A stretch of DNA of 64,000 nt, taken from positions 9,288-73,287 of the forward strand of contig CAWIXU010000004.1 in the NCBI GenBank assembly GCA_963840175.1, given 5' to 3'. Positions 45,529 through 57,018 of this stretch are shown here, piece after piece; position 1 is the stretch's first letter, and each line of letters starts with the position of its first letter. Both the position numbers and the translations under genes were made by a program. The stretch comes from an uncultured Acidimicrobiia bacterium (GTDB lineage: Bacteria > Actinomycetota > Acidimicrobiia > Spongiisociales > ZC4RG35). The notes beneath the pieces are model-generated. The model saw nothing but the letters and a program-made list of their open reading frames with translations. It was not told the origin of the DNA and made no database searches.

Positions 45529-48124
45529 ATGTCCATCTTTTCCAAGCTGCTCAAGGCCGGTGAAGGCAAGACCCTGCGCGAATTCGAGCGTCTCGTCGTC
45601 GAGGTCAATGCCCTCGAACCGACCATCTCAGCGCTGGATGACGCTCAACTAGCCAACCAGACCGTCGAGTTCCGGCGCCGGCTCGACGCCGGGGAGCCGC
45701 TCGATGACCTGGCCGTCGAGGCCTTCGCCACGGTCCGGGAGGCAGCGCAACGAGTCATCGGGGAGCGTCACTTCGACGTCCAGGTGATCGGCGCTTTGGC
45801 ACTCCATCGGGGGATGGTGGCCGAGATGAAGACCGGCGAGGGCAAAACCCTGGTTTCGTCGATGCCCGCCTATCTCAACGCCCTTCCTGGCACCGGCGTG
45901 CACATCGTCACCGTCAACGACTACCTCGCCTCCCGCGACGCCGACTGGATGGGCGCCATCCATCGTTTCCTCGGGCTCAACGTCGGGCTCATCCAAACCG
46001 GTATGGAACCCGGAAAGCGGCAATCCGGCCTACGCCGCCGACATCACCTACGGAACCAACAACGAGTTCGGGTTCGACTATCTGCGTGACAACATGGCGA
46101 TGCGGGCGAGCGACCGTGTCCAGCGCGGCCACGTTTATGCGATCGTCGATGAGGTCGACTCGATCCTGATCGACGAAGCCCGCACCCCGTTGATCATTAG
46201 CGGCCGGCTGTCGGATGCGGCCAAGTGGTATCGAGACTTCGCTCGAATTGCGAACCGGTTACGACGCGATGAGCACTACGAAGTCGATGAAGCCAAGCGA
46301 CAGGTATTGACCACCGAGGAAGGCGTCGGATTCGTCGAAGAGATACTCGGAGTCGAAAACCTCTATGACCACGCCGCGGTCGACTTCGTCCACCATCTCG
46401 AGTCATCGCTGCGAGCCAAGGAGCTCTACCAGCGGGACGTGGAATATCTCGTTGACCAGGGCGAAGTCAAGATCGTTGACGAATTCACCGGGCGCGTACT
46501 CGAAGGTCGTCGTTATTCAGAAGGGCTTCACCAGGCCATCGAGGCGAAGGAAGGGGTGAAGATCAAAGAAGAGAATCAGACCCTCGCCACGATCACTCTC
46601 CAGAACTACTTCCGGCTCTACCAGAAGCTTGCCGGGATGACCGGCACCGCCGAAACCGAAGCGGCCGAGCTGGCGCAGATTTATGGACTCGAAGTGCTGG
46701 TCATCCCGCCGAACCGGACCGTGGCGCGAGCCGACCAACCCGACCTGGTCTTTAAGTCAGAGGATGCCAAGTTCCAAGCAGTCGTCGATGACATCGTCGC
46801 GCGCCATGAGGCGCAACAGCCCATCCTGCTGGGCACCGTCTCGATCGAGAAGTCCGAGCGTCTCTCGAAGATGTTGCAAAAGCGGGGCATCGAGCATGAA
46901 GTGCTCAACGCCAAGAATCATGCCCGGGAGGCTGAAATCATCGCGCAGGCGGGGCGTCCCGGCGCGGTGACCGTGGCCACCAACATGGCCGGGCGGGGAG
47001 TCGACATCAGGCTGGGTGGGAATCCCGAAGGTCTGGCGCGCGTCGAGCTCAAGCGCCAGCAGGTGCCGGAAGAGGAGTTCGAGAAAAAGCTCGCCGAAAC
47101 CACTGCCCGCTACGCCGCCGAGATCGCTCCGATCAAGGAAAAGGTGATCGAAAGCGGTGGGCTTTACGTCGTGGGCACCGAGCGTCACGAATCCCGCCGG
47201 ATCGACAATCAGCTGCGTGGTCGTTCGGGCCGCCAGGGTGATCCGGGCGAGTCCCGGTTCTATTTGTCGCTGGGAGACGACCTGATGCGTCGTTTCTCTG
47301 GGGATCGAGTTTCGTCGTTGATGGATCGGATGAAGATTCCCGACGACGTACCCATCGAGGCCGGCATGGTGACCAAGGCCATCGAACGAGCGCAGAAAAC
47401 GGTGGAAGCACAGAACTTTGAGCTTCGCAAGAACGTCCTCAAATTCGATGAGGTGATGAACAAGCAAAGAGAAGTCATCTACGACTGGCGCGTGGATTTG
47501 CTCGAGGCGTCGGGTGAGGATCTGGTCACAGAATGGATCGAGGTCGTAGTCGCCGATACCGTCGAGGCGGTTTTTCCACCCGAGCTCGCACCGTCGGAAT
47601 GGGATTGGGAATTGCTCAACAAAGAGCTAGTTCAGATTTATCCGTCAACGCTCAAAGAGCCGGGACCGGAAGGATCCTCGCTGGAGGATGTCATCGACGC
47701 GGCCGTCGAAGAGGCCAACGCGGCCTATGCAGCGAAGAGCAAGGAATTGGGGCTCGAGAACATGCGCCAGGTCGAGCGCCAGGTGATTCTGTCGGTGATC
47801 GACAACAAGTGGCGCGAGCACCTATCCGAAATGGACTACCTGCGCGCTGGAATCGGCCTGCGCGCCATGGGCCAACGCGATCCGCTGGTCGAATATCAGC
47901 GCGAGGGCTACTCGATGTTCAGCGAACTGGTCGAATCGGTGAAGCGTGACACCGTTCGCTATTTGTTCCACGTCCAATTGGCGGAGCCCGCCGCCCCGGC
48001 TGCCCCCAAAGTCGTCAACGATGATCAGTCAAAGTCAATTCGAAGCAGCGGCGCCGTGGGCCGCAACGATCCCTGCCCATGTGGCAGTGGCAAGAAATAC
48101 AAACGCTGCCACGGTGCGGCGTAA
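45529..48124 (+). CDS. secA: Preprotein translocase ATPase SecA; one frame disruption near 46030.
   Basis: [42 protein letters not shown], and C-terminal zinc finger [14 protein letters not shown]. Confidence 0.9.
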
Positions 48125-48145
48125 CCAGGTGCTAGAAGTTCGCTC

Positions 48146-49284
48146 ATGACCGTAGAGACGACGGAACCGCACGCTTTGATCGCCGACATCCGCAACCGCC
48201 TGGCTGAGGCCCGGAGGTTTCTTTGACCTTGACCGCAAAGCCACCGAGCTCGCCGAGTTAAAGGAGCAGGCGGCCGATCCCGGCCTGTGGAACGACCCCG
48301 ACCAAGGGCGCCAGGTCACCCAGCGCCTGGCGGCGTTGGAGCGGACCATCGACAGCGTCGCCAAGCTCGAGCGAACTCTGGATGATTCGGAGGTCCTGCT
48401 CGAGCTCTCCGAAGAGGCCGCCGATCCCTCTGTGCGGGCGGAGGTCGTGTCCGAGCTGGCTGCTCTCTATCGCAGCCTGGCCGGTCTCGAACGCGAGTCG
48501 CTCTACTTCGACGAGTACGACGATCACAACGCCATCCTCTCGGTGCACGCCGGCGCCGGCGGCGTCGATGCGCAGGATTGGGCGGAGATCCTCGTCCGCA
48601 TGTACCAGCGCTTTCTCGAGGAGAACCGGTTCTCGGTAATCGTCGAGGAGATCAGCGAAGGGGAGGAGGCGGGCGTGAAGTCGGTGACCATGACGGTGCG
48701 GGGGGAACACGCCTATGGAACGCTCGAGTCCGAAAGGGGAACCCACCGCTTGGTGCGGATCAGTCCCTTCGACTCGAACTCCCGGCGGCACACCTCCTTT
48801 GCGGGTGTCGATGTGGTGCCCGAACTCGCCGACGAGGAGGGGATGGAGATCGATCCCGATGATCTCCGCATCGACACCTATCGGTCACAGGGAGCAGGCG
48901 GTCAGCATGTGAACAAGACCGACTCGGCCGTGCGGATCACCCACCTTCCCACGGGGATCGTGGTTCAGTGCCAGAACGAGCGGAGTCAACTGCAAAACCG
49001 GACCCGGGCCATGGCGATTCTGAAGGCGCGGCTCCACGAACTCGCTCGTCAGCAACGGATCACCGCAAATCGATGAGATCCGCGGTGAGCAAGGCGCAGC
49101 CGCCTGGGGCCAGCAGATTCGCAGCTATGTCATGCAGCCCTATCAAATGGTCAAAGACCTCCGCACCGATGTCGAGGTCGGCAACATCTCAGGCGTGCTC
49201 GACGGCGATCTCGACGAGTTCATCGACGGCTACCTCCGCTGGCGCCGCCTCCAGCACGAGGAATTGCGAACCCAGGGTTCGTAG
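48146..49284 (+). CDS. prfB: Peptide chain release factor 2, with the natural programmed +1 frameshift at codon 27 and an additional unplanned frame disruption near 49075.
   Basis: Frame 0 reads [26 protein letters not shown] then TGA. The +1 frame continues [15 protein letters not shown]... to [17 protein letters not shown] and ...[19 protein letters not shown]. Confidence 0.85.
48213..48227 (+). promoter_or_regulatory. prfB programmed +1 ribosomal frameshift cassette: internal Shine-Dalgarno GGAGG, a 3-nt spacer, then the slippery CTT TGA C.
   Basis: GGAGGTTTCTTTGAC matches the E. coli AGGGGGTATCTTTGAC architecture. Confidence 0.85.
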
Positions 49285-49393
49285 GTGCGTTGGACGTCTC
49301 TAACGGCCCACAGAACGGACGGAAGTTCGGTTTCGCACTCTGAGCCGGTTACCCTGAACCGGCCATCCGGGCATTCACGATGGGTCAGGACCA

Positions 49394-50111
49394 ATGATTC
49401 GGCTGCGTGACGTCACCAAGGTTTATGAGGGCGGAGTTGTGGCCGTCCGTGACATCAATCTCGACATCCAAAAAGGGCGCTTTCGTCTTCCTGGTCGGCC
49501 CCTCGGGGTCGGGCAAGTCGACGCTGATCCGGCTGTTGCTCCGTCAGGACACCGTGACCCGGGGCACGATCTGGGTCGCAGGCAAAGACATCACCCAGCT
49601 GCCCGCCTGGAAGGTGCCATTCCTCCGTCGTTCGGTCGGCACCGTCTTCCAGGACTTCAAGCTCCTGCCCAATAAGACGGTGAGTGAGAACGTCGCTTTC
49701 GCTCTCGAAGTCCTCGGCAAGCCCCGGGCAGTGATCGGTCCACAGGTCCAGCAAGTGCTCGAACTGGTCGGGCTCAAGGACAAGGCCGATCGCTATCCCC
49801 GCCAGCTGTCCGGTGGCGAACAGCAGCGAGTCTCGATTGCTCGTGCTTTCGTCAACCGGCCACCGATCCTCCTCTGCGATGAGCCCACGGGCAACCTCGA
49901 CCCGGCGACGTCGGTGGGGATCATGCGTTTGCTCGATCGGATCAACCGCTCGGGGACGACGGTCGCGATGGCGACTCATGACCACGCCATCGTCGATGCC
50001 ATGCAACGACGAGTGGTGCAGCTGGAGAACGGACGGATCATCCGCGACGAGCAGGCCGGGCGTTATGAAGAGCAGGTCGCCGAAGTCAGCGACGGGAGTG
50101 TCGCCCCGTGA
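49394..50111 (+). CDS. ftsE: Cell-division ABC ATPase FtsE; one frame disruption near 49470.
   Basis: [35 protein letters not shown]. Confidence 0.85.
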
Positions 50112-51050
50112 ATCGTTTCGGCTTCCTGGCGCGCGAGGCTTTCATCAACCTGCGTCGCAACCTTTTGGTGGTGATGGGAGCGGTGCTCGCGGTGTTCATC
50201 TCGCTGGCCCTTGCCTTCGGAGCCCTGGTCATCAACCAGATGCTGCGGATCAACACGCTCGCCTGGCAAGACGGAGTGCACATCATCGCCTTCCTTCATG
50301 ACGAAGGTCTGCCCGGAATCCCCACGGGCGCCCATGACGCACTTGTGGCCGAGGTTGCGAGTTGGGAGGAAGTCGCTCAACGTCAGCTACATCGACAAGG
50401 CCGAGGCTTACGTCGAGTTCCAGCAGATTTTCGCCGACCGTCCCGAGTATTTGGAGAATGTCGATCCGACTGTGTTGCCGGCGTCGGTTCGGATCGAGTT
50501 AACGGATCTCGAGCTCTACCGAGATGTTCAGTTCCGGCTGGCGAGCGAAAGCCAATTGATCTTTCGGGTAGCGACCTTCGGCGAGCAGATCGAACAACTC
50601 TCTTCACTGTCGACCGTACTCAATCTGCTCGGACTGGGTCTCGCCCTTGTGCTCGGCGTCTCGGCAGTGATCCTTATCGCCAACACCATCCGCATGGCCA
50701 TCTACGCCCGACGCGACGAGGTGGCGATCATGAAATTGGTTGGCGCCTCCAACTGGTTTGTCCGCGTCCCCTTCATCCTCGAAGGGATGATCGAAGGACT
50801 GATCGGGGCGGGTCTGGCGGTCGCCGCGGTGTGGGTGGCTTTCCGCAATCTTCGGTCCCTCGGTGACTCGATCGAGATCGTCTCGTTTGCGGTGCCCGAC
50901 CGGTTCTTCCTCACCTGGTCGATTGTGATTCTTCTCTTCGGAGCGGCAGCAGGAGTGCTGGGCAGCGTGCTGGGGCTCAGCCGATACCTGAAAGACGACG
51001 AGGGGAGCCGGCCGGTTGCGGTCGGTGCGCGGGTCTTAGAGCCGCTGTGA
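50108..51050 (+). CDS. ftsX: Cell-division permease FtsX; one frame disruption near 50370.
   Basis: N-terminal transmembrane segment, periplasmic domain, and C-terminal four-helix region [29 protein letters not shown]. Confidence 0.8.
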
Positions 51051-52243
51051 AGTCCGCACGGCTCGCCGTGCTTTTCGTCGCCCTCGTCCTCTTCTTTGGG
51101 GCGGCTTCACCTGTGGTGGCGCAAGATCCGGCGGCCGAGCTCCGCGAGGTCCAGAACGAGCTCAACCGGGTCGAACAGGCAATCAGAGCCGCTCGCACCG
51201 AAGCCAGTTCAGTCGGCCAGCAGGTTGTCGCCGCCCAAGCCGCCATGGCTGCTGCACTCGACACCTACAACGCCGCCCAGGCCCGGGTCGAGGAACTGAT
51301 TCGCGCCGTTCAACGGACAGCGGCGCAGGTGGTTTCCCTCAAGGGACAGGTGGCGACGCTCGAACGCCTCCTGGCGAAGACTGCGGTCGAGCTCTCGAAC
51401 ACCAAGGAACGACTCGAACAGACCGCGGTCAACCTCTATATGACCGCTAGCGCCGTGCCCGGAGCCGACCTCTTTAGTCGGGCATCCGTCGCCGAGGCCG
51501 CTACTGCTCTGGCTTATTCGTCGGTGCTCTTCGATCAGGACACCGATGTCTTCACTGCGTTCGAGCTACTCCAGCGCGAAGAGGAAAGGCAACGCACACA
51601 GATCGTCGGGATGAAGACTGAAACCGAAGGCGAACTGGCGCGTCTTGGTGAGGAACGAGCGAATCTCGAGATTGAGCGCGACCTTGCCGCCGCCGCCCTG
51701 GCGGAAGCGCAAACCCAAGCCGCCAAGGTGCAGACGCTGCTCGACTCGATCCGCAACCAGATCGCCGCGGCGGAAGAACACAAGGACGGTCTCGAAGCCG
51801 ATGCAGCGGCGCTTGAAGCTGAGATCGACCGACTCGCTACCAAAGAGGGAACTGCGCCCTCGGTCTTGTCGTGGCCGGTCAACGGCGCGGTGAGCTCGCC
51901 GTTCGGCTATCGGGTTCATCCCATTCTCGGAGTGAAAAAGCTTCATACCGGCGTCGACATCAACGGCGCGAGTGGCGCGCCGATCGTCGCGTCCGGTGCA
52001 GGCACCGTGATCCTCGCTCAGACTTATGGGGGTTACGGTCGTGCCGTCGTGATCGACCACGGCGGCGGGTTGACGACTCTTTACGCCCATCAGTCGCAGA
52101 TGGCGGTGTCGGTAGGGGAGGAGGTGAGCCGGGGCGAAGTTATCGGTTACGTCGGTTGCAGTGGAAGCTGCACCGGCCCGCATCTCCATTTCGAGGTTCG
52201 GGTGAGTGGCGTTCCGGTCGATCCGCTTGGCTATCTCCGATGA
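51047..52243 (+). CDS. Coiled-coil M23 metallopeptidase (EnvC/RipC-like FtsEX partner). Intact.
   Basis: Signal peptide, about 250 aa of coiled coil, then HTGVDINGASGAPIVASGAGTV...GHGGGLTTLYAHQS...GCSGSCTGPHLHFEVR (LytM/M23 motifs). Confidence 0.8.
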   Translation: MKSARLAVLFVALVLFFGAASPVVAQDPAAELREVQNELNRVEQAIRAARTEASSVGQQVVAAQAAMAAALDTYNAAQARVEELIRAVQRTAAQVVSLKGQVATLERLLAKTAVELSNTKERLEQTAVNLYMTASAVPGADLFSRASVAEAATALAYSSVLFDQDTDVFTAFELLQREEERQRTQIVGMKTETEGELARLGEERANLEIERDLAAAALAEAQTQAAKVQTLLDSIRNQIAAAEEHKDGLEADAAALEAEIDRLATKEGTAPSVLSWPVNGAVSSPFGYRVHPILGVKKLHTGVDINGASGAPIVASGAGTVILAQTYGGYGRAVVIDHGGGLTTLYAHQSQMAVSVGEEVSRGEVIGYVGCSGSCTGPHLHFEVRVSGVPVDPLGYLR

Positions 52244-52704
52244 AGAAACCCGAAGGCGTCAAGGTCATCGCCTCGAACCGGCGGGCGCGCCACGACTACG
52301 AGATCCTCGATACTTTCGAAGCCGGCCTCGTCCTCATCGGCTCGGAGGTAAAGAGCTTGCGGGAGGGCCAAGGGCAGCTCAAGGACAGCTTCGCCCATAT
52401 TCGCGACGGCGAGATCTTTTTGGTCGGTTGTTATATCGCTCCCTACGTCTTCTCCCGGGCTGGCGGCCATGAACCGGAGCGAACCCGGAAGCTTTTGATG
52501 CACCGTCGCCAGATCGATCGCCTGGCGTCCGAGCTGGCCGAAAAGGGGCTCACCCTGGTTCCGCTTCAGCTCTACTTCAAAGAGGGCAAGGCCAAGGTTG
52601 AGCTGGGGCTGGCACGGGGAAAGCGCACCATCGACAAGCGAGAGACCGTCAAGAAGAGGGAGCAGGAGCGAGAGATGGAGCGCGCGCTCCGGCGTCGGCC
52701 CTAG
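52240..52704 (+). CDS. smpB: SsrA-binding protein. Intact.
   Basis: IASNRRARHDYEILDTFEAGLVLIGSEVKSLR...KLLMHRRQI. Confidence 0.9.
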   Translation: MKKPEGVKVIASNRRARHDYEILDTFEAGLVLIGSEVKSLREGQGQLKDSFAHIRDGEIFLVGCYIAPYVFSRAGGHEPERTRKLLMHRRQIDRLASELAEKGLTLVPLQLYFKEGKAKVELGLARGKRTIDKRETVKKREQEREMERALRRRP

Positions 52705-52709
52705 GTCTT

Positions 52710-53620
52710 GGCAGCGAACAGGTGTTCGACTAGGCTGTCGGAGTGGCGGAGTTTCGGTGGAGCCAGCTGGCGACCTCGCAGGACGGTCTCTTCGAGCAAG
52801 TCACGCCGGGTCGTCGGTCGTGGCGAGTACAAGGGACTGACCTTCCACGAGATCGAGGCTCGCTCGATCATCAGCAAAGCCCCTCCCTCGACCCCGTGGT
52901 TCGGCTACTCGATCAACGCCTACAGGGGATGCTCCCATGCTTGTGAATTACTGCTTCGCTCGGCCTACCCATGAATACCTCGGGTTCAACATGGGCGAGG
53001 ACTTCGAACAGCAGATCGTCGTCAAGACCAATGCGGTCGAGTTGTGTCGCGCCGAGACCGAGCCTGCGCGCTGGGCTGGCGATTCGATCGCGATGGGAAC
53101 GAACACCGATCCGTATCAAGCCGCCGAGGGCAAGTACAAGCTCACCAAGGGGATCATCGAGGTGCTTGGCCGAGCGTGGCAACGGATTCTCGATCCTCAC
53201 CAAGTCACCGCTGGTCCTTCGGGATCTCGACCTGATCGCAGAGGCTGCCAAGACGAGCGCAGGTCTCGGTCTCGTTTTCGGTGGCGACTCTCGACGAGGA
53301 CGTCTGGCGTCGAACCGAGCCCGGTGCACCGCATCCCCGCAAACGACTCGATGCCCTCGCCAAGCTGCGGGAGGCGGGTGTCAGCGGAGGCGTCATGGTG
53401 GCGCCGGTTCTGCCCGGCATCTCTGACAGTCCAGAGCAGGTGGCCGCCGTGAAGAAAGCGGCGCGGGAGGCTGGCGCCGAATGGGTCAACGAGGTGCAAG
53501 CTCCACCTGCGCGGTGTCCGCCCACACTTCCTGAAATGGCTGGCCCAGGACAGCCCGAATCTGGTTGCCAATTATGAGGCAAGCTATCCAGAGCGGCGGC
53601 CCACGCGAGCCCAAGCGAGC
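52710..53620 (+). CDS. Radical-SAM protein of the SPL/photolyase-like (Rv2578c-type) family; frame disrupted.
   Basis: FHEIEARSIISKAPPSTPWFGYSINAYRGCSHAC.YCFARPTHEYLGF and MGTNTDPYQAAEGKYKLT. Confidence 0.55.
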
Positions 53621-53673
53621 CCGACGCAGCTTCTCTCCCCGACCAACTTCGGCTCGGCCGTTCTTCGTAATCG

Positions 53674-54025
53674 TGGAGGCGGCGGGAATCGGACCCGCGT
53701 CCCATGAGTCGTCAGCGCCGGCATCTCCGAGCGCAGCCGTCGGCGAGCTTGTCGGCAAGAAGGACCCCAACGGCGGGCTTCCCACTCGCTTATCCGGAGT
53801 TGATCTTTGCCCTCCGGTCCCGGATCCCGGAGGACGCATCCTGCATTGCGACGCCCGATTCCGGCGAGGCAGGCGCCCACCGGGCGGACGGGCTGCGTTA
53901 TTTAGGCAGCCAGTGCGAAGTTGTCTTCGGCACTTGTGTTTGTTTCCGGCTCTTTAACGAGGTTCCGGAGACCTCGGCTCGCTTCCGACGCATCAACACT
54001 CATGGTCGAAACCATTTCGCCCCCA
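53674..54025 (-). ncRNA. ssrA: tmRNA (ssrA). Predicted tag peptide AEDNFALAA.
   Basis: Minus-strand 5' end GGGGGCGAAATGGTTTCGACCATGAG. Tag reading frame GCC GAA GAC AAC TTC GCA CTG GCT GCC TAA. The 3' end is tRNA-like: GGACGCGGGTCCGATTCCCGCCGCCTCCA. Confidence 0.85.
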
Positions 54026-54086
54026 TGGGCTGATCGCAATTCTACGGGTATTCAGAGAATCCGTGTTCGCCTATCTTCTGCGGAAA

Positions 54087-55226
54087 TGACGATCTACGAC
54101 AACGAGGATCTCGAGGCGATTCGCCAGCAAACCCGGCGCTTCGTCGAGGAGAAAGTCATTCCGGAGGCGGACAAATGGGAGGAGGCCGGTCGGGTCCCCC
54201 GTGAGATCCTCGACGAGATGGCCAGGATCGGCTTCTTCGGTCTGCGGGTCCCGGAGGAGTACGGGGGAGTCGGTTTCGGACCCCTCGCCACCGTCGCCTA
54301 TGCCGAGGAGCTCGGGCGTTCGACCTACGGCGGCTTCGCCATCACCGCCCTGGTCCACACCGAGCTCGCCATGCCGTACCTCTTCAACTTCGGCTCGGAA
54401 GAGCAGAAGCAGCGCTGGCTCCCGGCCATGGTCAACGGCGAGATCATCACCGCCATCGCGGTCACCGAGCCCGACGCCGGTTCGGATGTCGCCAACATTC
54501 GCACGAAGGCGGTGCGCGACGGTGACGGCTGGCGGATCAACGGCTCCAAACTCTTCATCACCAACGGGGGAATCGCCGACCTGGTCTTCGTCGCGGTCAA
54601 GACCAATCCCGAAGCGAAAGGGTCGAGGGGCATATCGATTCTCGCCGTCCCAAAGGACGCTGAGGGATTCAGTGTGAGCCGGGCGCTAACGAAGATGGGA
54701 TGGCACTCCTCGGACACAGCTGAGCTCTCGTTCAACGATTGCTGGGTTCCCGCCGACCACCTCGTCGGCGACGAGAACCGCGGCTTCTACTACATCATGA
54801 CCAACTTCCAGAACGAGCGGCTCGCCATCGCCGCGCAGGCAATCGGCGAGGCGAGCGAGAGCGATCGAGCTCACGCTCGAATACACAAAACAGCGCAAAG
54901 CGTTCGGCAAACCGCTTTTCGACAAGCAGGCCATTCGTCAGCGCCTGGCTATGGCCTCCACCGAGGTCGAGGCTGCCCGACTACTGGTCTATCACGCGGC
55001 ATGGTTGATGGAGCAGGGCGAGGATGCCGTCAAGGAAGTGTCGATGGTGAAGGCGCTAGTCGGCGAGCTCGTCAACGACGTGCTCTACGAATGCGTCCAG
55101 TTCCACGGGGGCATGGGATACATCGCTGAGACCGCGGTGGAACGCCTCTATCGCGACGTTCGCATCCACTCGATCGGCGGTGGTGCCACCGAGGTGATGC
55201 TCGACGAGGTCGCCAAGCGCCTCTAG
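54087..55226 (+). CDS. Acyl-CoA dehydrogenase; one frame disruption near 54860.
   Basis: AVTEPDAGSDVANIRTKA, WRINGSKLFITNG, C-terminus QFHGGMGYIAETAVERLYRDVRIHSIGGGATEVM. Confidence 0.8.
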
Positions 55227-56077
55227 CGGATCCACTGCGTCGACTCGATGCGAGCGGCCTCGACGGCAGATCCGGACTGCCGCCTCGACATGCGTCGGAG
55301 GACCCTTGGCGCGACCGCCATACCGATGACCGCCCAGCCGGCGAGGACAGCCACCGTCTGCAGGGTGCGCCAGGACCCGCCGATCTCCAAAGCGGCCGCC
55401 GCTTCCGGTAGGAACGCCGAGCGCATACCGAGCCCCAGCCAATACATCGGAAAGACCTGGGCCACCCCCTCCAGCCAATCCCACAGATCTTGGATTGGAT
55501 AGAAGATTCCCGATATGCCGAGGAGCACCAGGATCGGCAGCATTCCCCAGGTTCCGACCTTCTGCACGCCCGGAACCGTCGCCCCGATGATGATCCCGAT
55601 CGGCAGGGTCGCAAGCAGACCGAGCACGACAACCCAGGCGAACGTGAGCCAGCCGTTGAGACCGTTGTACATGAAGTTGTCGAACAAGAAAGAAGCGGGG
55701 ATCAGAATCACGGCGAGCGAGGGGAGCAAGCCAAGTGCGTTTCCGAAGATGTGGGCCGACATGTATCCGACGATTCCGTACGGTGCCGCCTTCGATCTCA
55801 GCACGGTTCCGTCCTCACGCTCCATTGCCAATGAATACGCGGGTCCGACGACCAGGCCGAAGGCGATCATGGCCCCCAGGAGGCTCGGCATGGCCAAGGT
55901 CGGGTAGGACAGAGTGGTTCCTTCCACTTCGGTGTTTCGACGAAGGAATAGGTAGCCCAGAGTTGCCAGGGCCATGAACAGGAAGAAACCCTGGTCCTGG
56001 GGACTCTTGAGGCTCAGGACGAATTCCGTCCAGCCTCGCTTGAGGCCGTTGCGAACCGCATGCAGACGGGGATTCAT
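55223..56077 (-). CDS. ABC-2 type exporter permease. Intact.
   Basis: Six transmembrane segments and an ABC-2 family pattern; its stop/start is coupled to the upstream ATPase. Confidence 0.7.
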   Translation of the reverse strand: MNPRLHAVRNGLKRGWTEFVLSLKSPQDQGFFLFMALATLGYLFLRRNTEVEGTTLSYPTLAMPSLLGAMIAFGLVVGPAYSLAMEREDGTVLRSKAAPYGIVGYMSAHIFGNALGLLPSLAVILIPASFLFDNFMYNGLNGWLTFAWVVVLGLLATLPIGIIIGATVPGVQKVGTWGMLPILVLLGISGIFYPIQDLWDWLEGVAQVFPMYWLGLGMRSAFLPEAAAALEIGGSWRTLQTVAVLAGWAVIGMAVAPRVLRRMSRRQSGSAVEAARIESTQWIR

Positions 56078-56992
56078 TTCTCGACCTCCTCAAATCCGGT
56101 CGTACTCGCTTCACCAGCCACTTCGAATTGCTGGACCATCGCTAGATAGGTGTCTTCGAGAGTTGCCCGTCTTACCTCGAGTTCTTCGACCGCATCGCCA
56201 TGTTCGTTCAACAGCGACCGGACGAAACGGCGTCGCGTCCGGCGTGGTTTCGACATGGCGCTCACCGTCGAGCCGCCACCGGACCTCGGAATCGCGCGTC
56301 ACCCTTCGCGCCAGGTCCTCGACTGTGCCGTCCGCCACGATCCGGCCGCCGGCGAGGATCAGAATTCGATCGGCAAGCTTGTCGGCCTCGTCCAAATCGT
56401 GAGTGGTCAAGAGAATCGTTGTGTCCTCAAGCTGGGAGAGCTGAAGAACGAGCCCGTGAAAGTCGCGCTTGGCTTGCGGGTCGAATCCGGCGGTGGGCTC
56501 GTCGAGAAATAGCAGCTCGGGCCTTCCGACGATCCCGATGGCGACGTCGAGTCGACGTCGCTGTCCACCAGAAAGCGTGCGGATCTTCTGGTGGGCCTGC
56601 CCCTCGAGACCGATCATGGAGATCAGTTCCTCAGGCGGGTAGGGGCGGCGCCGTTCCGGTGTCGAGTAAGGCTCGTAGTAGCGGCCGAGATGCTCGAGCA
56701 AACCGAGCGGCGTCCAGCGGGCGTGGTCGCGCCAAGATTGCAGCACCACCCCCACCCGGGCTCGCCAATCCTCGGGGGCATCTTGCGGATTCGTGCCGAG
56801 CACATCGACCCGACCGGCCGAAGGAGATCGAAAACCTTCCAGGATCTCAATCGTGGTGGTCTTGCCCGCGCCATTGGGACCCAGCAACGTCACGACCTCG
56901 CCTCTGCGCACCTCGAAATCGACGCCGTTGAGTACATCGACGTCGCCGTAGCGCATCCGCAAGCCTTCGACTTCGATGACAGGCTGGTCCAT
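56074..56992 (-). CDS. ABC transporter ATP-binding protein; frame disrupted near the C-terminus.
   Basis: GPNGAGKTTT, LSGGQRRRLDVAIG, LFLDEPTAGFD. Confidence 0.8.
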
Positions 56993-57018
56993 GGGCGCAA
57001 ATATTCCTACGGGGCACT

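Noticed and set aside
49285-49393. Small stem CCGGTTACCCTGAACCGG after prfB, considered as a terminator.
   Set aside because: The stem is short, there is no U-tract, and ftsE follows within 60 bp. This is probably coincidental.
53704-54033. Plus-strand ORFs overlapping 53565-54033.
   Set aside because: This interval is the tmRNA gene on the minus strand. The ORFs are translations of structured RNA.
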